In this document: in pieces, positions 25,559-36,433 of the stretch
Layout of the letters: each line of letters begins with the position of its first letter
How positions within the stretch are numbered: the first letter of the stretch is position 1
From: Anneissia japonica
Lineage: Eukaryota
Direction: 5' to 3'
Assembly: GCF_011630105.1 (NCBI RefSeq)
Contig: NW_022727368.1
Location: 169,157-233,156 of the forward strand
DNA: 64,000 nt
Notes under the pieces: generated by a model
The model's input: the letters and a program-made list of their open reading frames with translations, nothing else
What the model was told of the DNA's origin: nothing
The model's database searches: none
Translations under genes and position numbers: made by a program

Positions 25559-25720
25559 AATGAATCTAGTGGTGAAAGAGAATTCCGTTACTTAACTTCT
25601 AGTTCTGATGCCCTCAACGTATATTCACAGTTATACCGGATCATGACGTTCCCGGACAAAGGATACAAGAAGTGTAATAAGTTTATTTCAAGGTGGATTG
25701 GGTCTGATAAACAGAGAAAG
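25559..25720 (+). CDS. PARP4: PARP4-like exon 5 (NESSGEREFRYLTSSSDALNVYSQLYRIMTFPDKGYKKCNKFISRWIGSDKQRK).
   Basis: Acceptor tgtttcag| and donor AAG|gtagac. An upstream alternative donor AAG|gtggat at 25692 would break phase. Confidence 0.45.
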
Positions 25721-25957
25721 GTAGACCGACATCAATTTCTTAACATTATTTTTAGCTTTAATCAGTGCTATATATTTGATTTTACTCGGTGTAAAAGGAT
25801 AACCCACGAAAGTCTGAAGAATACTTATTTCCAGTGGGCGCCTTCTCATGGTGAATGGGCAGTGCACCTGGGCACAATCCCCAACTCTTTTCTGAAGAGT
25901 GTACTGCGTTCTTTAACGTACACATAAAATGCACACGGGACCAACATCTCATCTGAA

Positions 25958-26110
25958 AGATGGTGTGCTATCCTAACTAATATTTCAGCCCACTAGCTGA
26001 AATACAAGGAGAGCAGCGATGGGAATTGAACCGGGGATCAAGAGATCTCCATGTTTCAGAGTGACTACCACCAGTTTAGCTGACTAAGCTAAGTTGCTCT
26101 CTATGAATAT
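25958..26110 (-). mobile_element. tRNA-derived SINE with a conserved central block (…gtttcagctgga…ctttcggatgagac.tttaag…). Other copies at 31512-31760 (+) and 34203-34440 (+).
   Basis: tRNA-like head with B-box GGTTCAATTCC. Three mutually similar copies in PARP4 introns. Confidence 0.55.
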
Positions 26111-26235
26111 CAATGTATTATTTGTTGTTATATTGACATATTGTATATTGTTCCAGTGGAAGCTAGGATGGCAGAAACTTGTGGCATGTGACCACAGTGT
26201 TTTCAAAATTAATCATTTTGATTCTTTTGTTTAAG

Positions 26236-26373
26236 ATTTCACTGGAGTCTAGCTATGAATCTGGTGCCACATCAACTGAGGTAGTTGATTTAGTGGAGCA
26301 CATTTGGCAAGAGGCAAATGAGCAAATTAAGGGGATGTTGTCTTTACCTGAAGAAACCATGAAAAAAGAACAG
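26236..26373 (+). CDS. PARP4: PARP4-like exon 6 (ISLESSYESGATSTEVVDLVEHIWQEANEQIKGMLSLPEETMKKEQ).
   Basis: Acceptor tttgtttaag| and donor CAG|gtaagt. Aligns with the human EVSDLVEMIWAEALGHLEHML segment. Confidence 0.55.
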
Positions 26374-26562
26374 GTAAGTGAAGTCTATTAGAATTACTTT
26401 TATGTTGAACCAAAAAATGTAACAATAGATTACCTGTAACGTGAAGTCTGTTTTGTGAATACATACTTGGATAAACGAACAACAAAGGAATAAAGATGGT
26501 GCTTGGGCATAGCTGCAGTCACATACTGGGACAATCAGACTGTTCTATTTTTGTTGTAGGGG

Positions 26563-26585
26563 TGTTCTTAAATGATCAGTTGCAA
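26563..26585 (+). CDS. PARP4: Possible 23-nt micro-exon (LQLVCLS, phase 0 in and 2 out) needed to restore frame between exons 6 and 7. Its donor CTG|gtaagtatctcactcatagaatac is a DIRS-terminus fragment.
   Basis: Inferred from the phase requirement and a strong donor. The acceptor (aaatgatcag|) is weak. Confidence 0.25.
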
Positions 26586-27396
26586 TTAGTTTGTTTATCC
26601 TGGTAAGTATCTCACTCATAGAATACAAATATCACTGATTTATGTAATTTCTGTCGAAACAAAAATATCTAGTAGATTATTATCAAAATTATAAGACTAC
26701 CCCTGTGTTTTTTTATCGTAATTTGCTATTTGAAGCCTTGTCTTACACGCGAGGCATGTTTTTTGCATATTGGTTAAGTTGTAGCAAAAATTGAAATTCA
26801 AGTTATTGGTATTTGCATATACCTGTGTATGTAATCTATGAGGGGTCATGCATTGGAATTGGACATGTCAAGTCTTAGTTATTGGGAAGAGAATGTACAG
26901 CACTCCTAGAGTCAAGATAAACATTATTTTGAGTAAATGCCTTTCAAATTTTTTTTTTTTTTGCATACACTGTTTAATGGCAATAACTACAGTACCAAAA
27001 TAATGTTAAATAAACAATTTGTTGACCAGACCAGAACTAAGAATTTAAGACATGATTAATTAGGAATTAAACTTTGATCTATAGTGAAAAAAAAATGATT
27101 TTTAGGTCATTTTTGAGTTCCCATAAGTTATAGCTCATTTTACTGAATACTTTTTGCCAAGACATGCCTCATAAATTCTATGCACTCTATGAATTGACTG
27201 CCATTTGTTGTTATTATTAAAGCCTAAATTTACACAAATTGATAGCATCATTGTAATTAAATTTTCAAGCTTGAGTTATATCTCATCAACAGCTATCATA
27301 CATTTCAAGTGAACTTTGTTTTTGCTGTTCTTTCATTAGGTTGATAAACAAACTTTGGAACAATAATGAGTTGAATGTAATGCTTCTATTTTGTAG

Positions 27397-27534
27397 CAGA
27401 AACAATTTTGACATCAGGAACATATTTGCTGTTAGTCGATCAATTGAAGAAACAAACTTTACGCATCGCCTTGGAAACAAGAAACTTCTATTCCATGCAT
27501 CAAACCCTGCCAACTTCGTGGGGATATTTACAAG
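27397..27534 (+). CDS. PARP4: PARP4-like exon 7 (RNNFDIRNIFAVSRSIEETNFTHRLGNKKLLFHASNPANFVGIFT…). First catalytic-domain exon, with H-A-S in the position of the H-G-S motif.
   Basis: Acceptor ttttgtag| and donor ACAAG|gttggt. Aligns with human VLQIFRVGRVNETTEFLSKLGNVRPLLHGSPVQNIVGIL. Confidence 0.6.
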
Positions 27535-28296
27535 GTTGGTATTGTTATCGCATAATTTTTATTTCAGGTAGTATATAAAATGAAAAACTTCCGGTTTTTA
27601 TATTTCAAGGTTAAAGTTTAATTTTATTAAGTTATTATTACGAAAAAGAAAAAAAAAATTGTATTAACTTTCATGTCAAGTGTACTGAAAATCACACTAC
27701 ATGTATTCCCGCAGGAAATGTAGCATCTTGAATTTAAAAGTAAACTACCGTAAATGATCTATACAGTGGCTCTCTTGAATGCGGACCGCTTTCAAATTTA
27801 AGGCCAGCCACTCTGTGTCTTATGACCGTTGGCCAAAGAATCCATCTCTGCTCACTGTCAGCGTTAGAGGACGCGACCTCGTCTGTTGATTGCTGGTTAC
27901 AGTCCAAATGAAATGTCATTAAAACGATCTGTTGCATGCAAGTTGTGGCGTTGCATTCCCCATAGAATCGTGTGAACTGACAAAGATTGTGCGCAGTTAG
28001 TGCATGGCTTACAGTGTAGCACTAGACTTGATTTTTTTGACTGAATCCCGCTTTGGAATAAGTACTCCTAAGTTTTTAGTGGAATAATTTACTGTTAGTA
28101 AATATAACAGTGTTTTAAGCGAGAAACATACCCAGCATGCTTTGATGTTTTGTACAATACTATTGACTAACCGATCTCTCATGGATTAAATAATGCTAAC
28201 CTTGCAACTAGTCAGATAGGTCTACATGCAATACATATAGCTTTACAATAATATAAATTAAAGTCTAATATATTGGATGGTGCTTGTTTATTGTAG

Positions 28297-28395
28297 AGGT
28301 CTTCTCCTGCCTAAGATAGTAGTGAGTGATTTCGGTGGCAAGAGAAGGGATCCTGGCAACCTTGGAAGTGGAATTTATTTTACAGACAGCAGCAG
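28297..28395 (+). CDS. PARP4: PARP4-like exon 8 (RGLLLPKIVVSDFGGKRRDPGNLGSGIYFTDSSS), PARP catalytic.
   Basis: Acceptor tattgtag| and donor AGCAG|gtagga. Near-identical to human RGLLLPKVVEDRGVQRTDVGNLGSGIYFSDSLS. Confidence 0.7.
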
Positions 28396-28829
28396 GTAGG
28401 AAAATTATTTAGTGTCATACATAGAGGTTTGTATTAAGGTTACCTGTCAATTAATCAAACTTTGATGATCAAAAACATTGAAAGATTTTTAGATAAATTA
28501 TTGAAGTAATTTGGCGCAGCGGTTGTGGTTATGCTTCTCAACCTGGAGGTCGGAAGTTTAATCACTAGCTGTGCAATTTGCTTGTGTTCTTAGGCAAGGC
28601 ACTTTATTTACAGTTGTCTCTTTCCACCCAGGAGTACAAGTGGGTACCTGGTAGTTTCAAACAAAAGTTGGGCTGATTCAGGCTGTAACGTTACAAAATT
28701 CTACCCAGGGAGAGCATTTTTTTTTTCATGATGAATGCATGAACCTTTAATTATTCAATCACATTGGCTTTGAATTTCTCTTTTCTCAAAACTATTTTAT
28801 AAGCTAATGTAAAATTTTTCTTCTGTTAG

Positions 28830-29013
28830 TACAAGTGCCAAGTATTCATCTCGAAGTACAGTTAAAGGATCCCGATTCATGCTGGTTAATGAAGTTGCCC
28901 TTGGCAAGTGTCTGGATATGACAACTAAGAATTATAAACTATCGTCTGCTCCAGAGGGCTACAATAGTGTCCATGCCGTTAAGAGAGCAGTTGGGAAGAA
29001 GTCAGTTTTTGAG
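28830..29013 (+). CDS. PARP4: PARP4-like exon 9 (STSAKYSSRSTVKGSRFMLVNEVALGKCLDMTTKNYKLSSAPEGYNSVHAVKRAVGKKSVFE), PARP catalytic.
   Basis: Acceptor ttctgttag| and donor GAG|gtaatt. Matches human TSIKYSHPGETDGTRLLLICDVALGKCMDLHEKDFSLTEAPPGYDSVHGV. Confidence 0.7.
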
Positions 29014-29890
29014 GTAATTAAAATAAATCTGCCACCTTGTTTTTCAAGATAGAATTCTACCTATGTTTATAATGATGTCTACTGTATAGTTATATATCAT
29101 TAAATATTTAATGACCTGATTATTTAAAACTTCATTATTGATGTTTCTACCCTAAATAAATTATTTACAATTTTTTTTATGAAATCGCCTCCTAGAAAAG
29201 CCATAATCCACTTTCAAGTAAGGAGTTAAATATTTATTTCTTATATTTATATGCCCTGAAATGCTTGCACCTAGTGCTGAAACATAGCCTGAGCCACTTC
29301 ACAGCCCATCACAAACGATGCAAATTGGGGTATCTGTGCTGTCCAGATAATTACATATCTTGGTATTATTGGCAAAAGTTAGAAACTATATATACACATT
29401 TCATGTAGGGAATGTCTTGTAGAAAATTTATTGTTACAAATTGACGAATATAAAATATACACCTATTTGGTCACATTTTGACTGATGACTTCATACACAT
29501 ACAATACATACTTCATTCAAAAAAAACTTTCCATTATGGCTATTTTGTGAGTAGTTACTGAGTTCTTATCAACTGAATCAAAGTGGGATGTCACATTTTA
29601 TGCGATGGAAATTTTTGTGAGGTCTTGACATGTACTGGGCCCTTTTTACTGGGCCCTTTGAGAGAACAGTAGCATTTTACTGAAGAAGAAACCCAGTATA
29701 AAGAACAAATAAAAAGAAAATAAATAAATGTACAATGTTTTTGATTGAATCTAACCCATCTTTCAAAGACATTTTTAGAAGCCTATGTTAAGAAAAAGAA
29801 GAAAACTGGATACACTCTTTAATTGAACAACTTGTGTTCCATATATTTTACCCATTTTATATTTTCTACCTTCTGGCGGTTCTCTTGCAG

Positions 29891-30041
29891 GATAACGAGT
29901 ATGTTGTGTATGATGCATGTCAGCAGCGTATTCGTTACCTCATCGAGTTTGCACTGCCTGAAGATAAGATCATAAGCTTTATTCAGAAATCTCTAAAGGA
30001 AACGCTGGATGAAATTGATGATTCACAAATGATGGATATTA
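29891..30041 (+). CDS. PARP4: PARP4-like exon 10 (DNEYVVYDACQQRIRYLIEFALPEDKIISFIQKSLKETLDEIDDSQMMDI), containing the catalytic Glu of the H-Y-E triad.
   Basis: Acceptor tctcttgcag| and donor TTA|gtgagt. Matches human DDEFVVYKTNQVKMKYIIKFSMPGDQ. Confidence 0.65.
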
Positions 30042-30062
30042 GTGAGTAGCTAATGCAATGTA

Positions 30063-30360
30063 TCATATGATTGGAGTGGAGTTAAATAGCTTGGTGGTTA
30101 AGATGCTTGCATTCCAATCCCAGGGTCATGGGTTCAATTCCTGTCAGTTGCAGGACTTTTTCTCACGACCAAAACAACTCCACTCCCTAAACCTCATATT
30201 GAGATTTAGTTTGTGTACAGCATTATGTGTGTATGTTTGTCTTGTGTTTCGTGGACTGTTCTATGTGTACTGGGCCCTCTGGGAGAACAGTAATTTGTTA
30301 CTGAAGAGGAAACCCAGTATAAAGAACAAATAAATAAATAAATAAAATAAATAACTAAAA
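30063..30360 (+). mobile_element. SINE (tRNA-like head …ggttcaattcctgtcag…, tail …gtactgggccct.tgggagaacagta…actgaagaggaaacccagtataaagaacaaataaataaa). Partial copies at 45095-45200 and 29620-29740.
   Basis: Shared head or tail blocks among the copies. (AAATAA)n-like tail. Confidence 0.45.
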
Positions 30361-30613
30361 AAGAAACAATACAAAATCAGACACAACAATAAACATACAA
30401 ACCAAAAATATGGAAATATATAATCAAACACGCAAAAAAAAATATACAAACCGATTCAAATTATTTAATAAATTGTGATAACTTCTATATTTGGGGGTTT
30501 TTTTTGGGGTTACTCTATAAATGCATCTCAAGTTTTAATAGTTATTTTGTACAAATTAATAGGCGATTAAAAGAAGTTGAATTGAAATATTTATTTTTCT
30601 ATTGATAATTTAG

Positions 30614-30744
30614 GTATAGCTGATATACAATCACTGCAGGATCCATTGGACAAGGTGCAGGCAGGGTTACAATCCAAAGACAATTGTTCTGTTCCACTGA
30701 CAGCAGTACACATCAGAGCCAAGCTTATTGACCTCGCTGCCCAG
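30614..30744 (+). CDS. PARP4: PARP4-like exon 11 (SIADIQSLQDPLDKVQAGLQSKDNCSVPLTAVHIRAKLIDLAAQ), start of the VIT region.
   Basis: Acceptor taatttag| and donor CAG|gttagg. Resembles human NLVPLEDVHIKGRIIDTVAQV. Confidence 0.55.
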
Positions 30745-31907
30745 GTTAGGCTTATCACATGTATATTTTCTGTGTGTCTTAGGTGAACTGAGAGATATTA
30801 GGAATGATCTGACAATATCAGTAGATAAACTGATCTTACTTAATAGCTAAGTATACGCCAAATAAGGACATGCATGCCCAGTGGGGAATCCAGTAGTTTG
30901 AAATGGAGGACCCATGAGGGAGGGACTTTAAGAAGTGGAAGTCTACACTACCTCAGCCCATCCATAGTTGGGGTTGAGATTTAAACTTATGGTTATGGTA
31001 CATGTAGATGGCCCGAATTAGCACTCTCAAACTTAAAATTTGAGTATAATAATATTTAATTGGCTGGGACCCCCTTGATTCTGCCATTAAAGCCAACCGA
31101 TATTTTGATCTTTATAATAGATCATCATGCGGAATGACATGTAATCAATATTTCCAATTACAAATACCAAAAGATTTATAACAATTAACTAATGAAAAGA
31201 AGTTTAAAAATTTAACCAATATGATATCCGATGGTGTAAATGAGTAAATTATTATAAGTTCAGAGAAGTATTATCCACAAACATGAGAGGTAAAAAGTCA
31301 GTCAATAAACAGAGAGTGCTAAAGTCTTCTGCAAGTCGCGGTAGTCCGCACTCCTGTGGAGTACTCTTGAAAAATCATTCATTTCTCGCAAATTCTTTAT
31401 ATTTTTATGTTTTTACTACTGTATTATCAATCGTTTGGAATGCAGTGCCAAAGTATATCACCATGTACAGCAATATAAAATCGTATGTGTTAAGAAAGTT
31501 CATTTCTTAACAAATTGAATTGAACCGAGGACCTAGATATCTTTAGGTTCCCAGTTCAATTCCCGCTGCTCTCCTTGCGTTTCAGCTGGAGGGCTTAAGC
31601 GCAAGTTGCAATAGTACACCTTCTTTCGGATGAGACATTTAAGCCGTTTAAGGTCTCATGTGCATTATGGCCCATGTGAATGTTAAAGAACACAGTACAC
31701 TATTTGGAAAAGAATAGAGAATTGTCTCCCGGTGTACTGCAAAATCATCACCGGAAGGACTCCACAGGAAGTCTTTAGACGTTTGTGGGTTATCTTTGGT
31801 GTTTACACCGAATAGATCCATCCATCCATTTAACCAAGTCTCCCAGATATGGCTTCTTCCAACTTGGGACCCCTGTAAACGTAGCTTGTTAATGTCACCT
31901 TTGATAG

Positions 31908-32126
31908 GTTGTGGTATTGCAAGCCTACAGAAACGAAAACAGTTGCGCGATTGAGGCTAAGTATGTGTTTCCACTGGATGACATGGCCGCAGTATGTGGC
32001 TTCGAGGCTTTCATTGATGGCAAACACATTGTTGGTGAGGTCAAGGATAAAGATGTCGCTCATCGGGAATACAGAGAGGCTATTAGCAAAGGTCACGGTG
32101 CATACCTGATGGATGAAGAAACACCT
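31908..32126 (+). CDS. PARP4: PARP4-like exon 12 (VVVLQAYRNENSCAIEAKYVFPLDDMAAVCGFEAFIDGKHIVGEVKDKDVAHREYREAISKGHGAYLMDEETP), VIT domain.
   Basis: Acceptor tttgatag| and donor CCT|gtaagt. Strong match to human IEAKYIFPLDDKAAVCGFEAFINGKHIVGEIKEKEEAQQEYLEAVTQGHGAYLM. Confidence 0.75.
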
Positions 32127-32766
32127 GTAAGTTTTCTTTTATTCTCTCATTAGCTGTTATTGTTTATTATGAATATACTGTAATAATAAAGTACAGTAAT
32201 TATTATGAAATCATTTGGCATATAGTATCTACTTGCTGTTGGATTTAGATAATTTTTTTTAATTAAATAATTACCACATCATTTTTTCATTGTTGCTGTG
32301 ATAGTTGTTTTTTGTATATTTTCTTGCATGAGGATTATACTCAACTTCTTTAAAATGATTGTACAGTAATTAGTATTAAATATTGCCCTCTATTGGCTGC
32401 AAAGGGATCCTTTGCTCATGCTGTGTTTGAACTGTGTTACTGTTTATGCTCAATAAAGTTCACTTGTAGCAAAAAGGAGTTTTTTCTTATATGATTTATG
32501 ATTATGTATATATATTTATTTATGATTATATTATATAGATACAGTACATAATAATAATAATATTTAATAATAATAATGAAATTGATATAATGACAATAAT
32601 TATTATTAATTACTGTACACTTTCAAATATTAACAGTATTTTTGTTAGACATTACAAACTTAAGTAGCATTATTTTATTATAAATTTTAAATGATAAATT
32701 GCTGTCTTTTTATAGCAAAAAATAATACCTGTATATTGTTTATTAACATAAATCCTGTCCACCTAG

Positions 32767-32969
32767 GATGTCTTCACGGTTAGTGTAGGCAATCTGCCTC
32801 CAAACTCAGAAGTGTTGATCAAGATTACGTACGTAGCGGAACTAGCGGTAGATTGTGGGAATATTGTGTTTAATCTTCCGGGAAGCGTAGCTCCTTGGAA
32901 AAAAGATGGTGCTTTATCTGTGAAAACTCAAGCAGAGCTATTGACAAAGAAAATTTCTGGTCTGCCTGG
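32767..32969 (+). CDS. PARP4: PARP4-like exon 13 (DVFTVSVGNLPPNSEVLIKITYVAELAVDCGNIVFNLPGSVAPWKKDGALSVKTQAELLTKKISGLP), VIT domain.
   Basis: Acceptor cacctag| and donor CCTGG|gtaaat. Matches human DVFTVSVGNLPPKAKVLIKITYITELSILG. Confidence 0.75.
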
Positions 32970-33753
32970 GTAAATACAATTTATTATACTGTTATCTGAG
33001 CAAAAAATGATATTTATATGCTTATGTTTATTTGTATCTTTTAGTAACATATGAGCAAGAGTGTGCAATAATGACCCAAGTTTGTACTGTAAAACCAGAA
33101 ACTTTTGAAGCAGAAAACTTCTGCGGAATTAAACTTTCGCTAACTGATAATTTTCGCAAATCACAGAAGGCCTAAATTTTATTCATAAGAGGAATACCAT
33201 ACAAAAGCTTTTAAAATATCGTATCATGAGTTCTAGGCCTGATAGGACTGCAGCCACTGTCTAGGCTACAGTAGCTATGCTAGGTGCCATAAGCCTGTCC
33301 CCCTCAGCTGCTAGGACTGGCCATCACAGGCACAGTTAATTATGACAAAGAGAGAAATGTTTACACACATACAGTATTCTCTTATGATATTCCAAAATTT
33401 TGTATTATGTTCAGTCATACCATGAACAAGGCATATCAAATCTTGTGTTTTATTAAACAAATTATTTTCCAGTAATATTGATCCAAACACATTGATTAAT
33501 GATGACTAAACATCAAAATTGAATGCTTGCAAAATTTTCTGGTTTTACAGTATACTAGAATCCCCTGCACGGTCAAAGGTCAGCCTGTTGGATGGCAGCT
33601 TCCATTTTTCATTACTTTGTCAACTTAAGAATTTCATTTCCAATTTGTGTTGGAGTGTGTACGCCCCCCCCCCCCCCGCACCTTGCTGAAAACGTACCTA
33701 ATGGGGTATTATGCTAGTCTTTCATTGTCATTTATTCTTGTTATATGATTTAG

Positions 33754-33841
33754 AAATTTGAAAACATCCATCCAGATTGCAGTAGTTATGCCTTATGATA
33801 TTCGTTCTATCGATTCTCCAACTCATGATATCAAAATAAAG
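33754..33841 (+). CDS. PARP4: PARP4-like exon 14 (GNLKTSIQIAVVMPYDIRSIDSPTHDIKIK).
   Basis: Acceptor gatttag| and donor AAG|gtaagg. Matches the human SLTMSIEMPYVIEFIFSDTHELK segment. Confidence 0.55.
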
Positions 33842-34969
33842 GTAAGGAAAACTATAAGCAAACAAGTAATACCTGTACATATTCAACTTGGTATTTTATT
33901 ATTTTGCTTTAGTTGTGAAACTTTCTCTCTTCTTGATATATTTTTTAAATATGTTCTGAATGAACATATAAACATATTGATTAAATGTCTAAATCTGATT
34001 GATAGATTTTTTAAATTTTTTATTTATTTGTCCTTTAAACTGTGTAAACTCATTCAGTTAAAATGACTTCTCTCAGAGTGCCAAGTGTACAACACAGATA
34101 AAATATAAGAAAGTGCAGATAAAAGTCCTTAAAAACACCTTAAAATACCAATTAAAATAAATTTTAAAAAATATATATATATATATATTAAAAATAGAGA
34201 GAGCAGCCTTAGCTCAGGTGGCTAATATGGTGGTATCCCACTGTGTGTGTGCTGATCCGTGGAGGTCTCTAGGTCCCCGGTTCAATTCCTATCGCTGCCT
34301 CTCCTTGTGTTTCAGCTGGAGTGCTGAAATACAAGTTACGATGGCGCACTGTCTTTCGGATGAGACGTTTAAGTCGTTGGTCCCGTGTGCAATTATCACC
34401 AAAGAAAGGACCCCTCTGGAAATAAGACTTCTAGAATTTACACTGTTCTCATCATTTTTAAATTTAATCTTAGTACTATTGCTTTTCTTGCTAGGTATAA
34501 TCTCTTTTAAAGTTTTCTACAACTTTGTATTGTCATATATATTATTAGAAATAGTGGAAAGAAAAAAATATTGCCTCATGTTTTTCAACATATTTCTGTG
34601 CATTTTATTAATGTCCCATTCAGCAGGGTTGTTACTATGCTTAGCCTTCTGTCTGAGGCACTTTGCTTGTCATCATAATGACATATAGTCTTGACTTATC
34701 CACAGCGGTAGATTGGTAGAAACTTTAATATTGATGAGGTGCATGATTGATTTATAACACACCTAAAGTAGATCATTGTCATTTGATTGGTGAATGTCCT
34801 TATGAGTGGAGTCGTTTATGTTGTGAGGAAAAATCCTGTTACCGTGACATCAATTGATCTTTAGGACCCTGTGATTGGAAAGCAAGCATCTTAACCACCA
34901 AGCTATTAATCTCCATTCTAGATTGATTAGTTGATGATTACTGTTAAAAATATTTTTTTATATATTCAG

Positions 34970-35107
34970 CACGCTACAACAAAGGCAACTGTGGAAGTGG
35001 ACGAAGAGCTCTCATTGGATGATGGCTTTCAGTTACTGATTGAATTGGCTGAAATGCACGTGCCTAGAATGTGGGTTGAAAGACATCCAGAAAAAGTTGA
35101 TTCGCAG
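34970..35107 (+). CDS. PARP4: PARP4-like exon 15 (HATTKATVEVDEELSLDDGFQLLIELAEMHVPRMWVERHPEKVDSQ).
   Basis: Acceptor tatattcag| and donor CAG|gttgta. Matches human LSAAYLPRMWVEKHPEKESE. Confidence 0.65.
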
Positions 35108-36246
35108 GTTGTATTCCCAGGATTTGGCATAATTTATGTTATAGGGAGCTTTCGTGACAACATGATGCTAGAACGGAATCATTCTTGCGTGTCTGTCCTA
35201 CCAGGTGTCCTACATTCTCTGCATGCGTAGATTTGGCCAAATTGCGTGCTAGAATCCATGCAACAAGGAACTTGATGTTCTTGCATGCGCAGATGACTTA
35301 ATGACATCATTACTTTATACGTCCTGCTGTCATCATGCAATCGAAAGCTCTCTATGTCTCCTAAACTATGGAATTATTTATTTTTCCTTATGATTAGGTA
35401 CTAATTTAGATACACTGCTAAGCACAGCCAGCTAAGTGTTTAGCAAAGTGTATAAATAGGACAAGAGTGCATACTCCTGTTTGTGAAGCCAGGCACTTAC
35501 TAAATTTACAGTTAGAATAATTATTTAATAATATTTATATGAGTACATTTCCTTATAATTTAGTCGAATACAAATGTATATATGCCTGCTTGTGTTTAGA
35601 ACTTTCTTGTTTTGTTTTATGTTATTTGGAAATATAATGGAGTTTAAGCCCCTAAAATTGATTTTAATTTGTTATATTCCATTAGACCTGGAGTCTAACG
35701 CATGCATTCTACTGGCAAAAACTGGATATGATGCCTAGACTATCAGATTTTTCATGCTTCATTGGCTTTTGTTTTGCAAAAGTACATTATGTCCATTTTG
35801 ACTGGGCTGTAGAAAAAAAAATCATCAAAAAAGTACTTTAGTTGGTTCAGTTGTGTAGTTAGTACATTTACACACAAAAATCAATATAATTGAATTTTAT
35901 AACAAAATTGTAACAAGAAATGCGTTTTGCTCAATATCTCAGAACTAAAATTTTGGCTTATGCGTTCTTCCGAATCACAGCAGTATGGTCATGATGTGAC
36001 TATATATGGTCGTGATGTGATGTCATCATGACCATATTTAGGTATGTCCCATGTTTTTGTCAAATCAAAATTTTATAGCCTGGACAGGAATATAATAATC
36101 ATTGGTAATTTTATTGAATTGTGTAAATGAGGAATTCAAAACTTTACCTGAGGGTTTTTGTTTTCTCTGTTTATTGGCTAGCAGCTTAAACTGAATACAT
36201 TAAATATAATTTATATTTTTGTTTTATTATCAAATTATTTCCCAGG

Positions 36247-36433
36247 CCTGTATGTTGACATTTTACCCTGAGTTTGAGAGTGAAAGCAGTAAATTGCCAG
36301 AGATCCTGTTAGTTCTCGACTTGTCAAACTCAATGAAAGGAGAAAATCTGTTGCAAGCGAAGAAAATTCTCCTGATGATTCTCGAATGTCTTCCAACTCA
36401 TGCAACGTTCAACATCATTACATTTGGAACAAG
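36247..36433 (+). CDS. PARP4: PARP4-like exon 16 (ACMLTFYPEFESESSKLPEILLVLDLSNSMKGENLLQAKKILLMILECLPTHATFNIITFGT). The vWA domain begins here with a DxSxS MIDAS-like motif.
   Basis: Acceptor ttcccag| and donor ACAA|gtaaga. Matches human ACMLVFQPDL…VIICLDCSSSMEGVTFLQAKQIALHALSLVGEKQKVNIIQFGT. Confidence 0.7.

Noticed and set aside
25692-25693. Alternative donor AAG|gtggat for PARP4-like exon 5
   Set aside because: It would leave phase 2, incompatible with the phase-0 acceptor of exon 6. The downstream donor AAG|gtagac at 25720 preserves frame.
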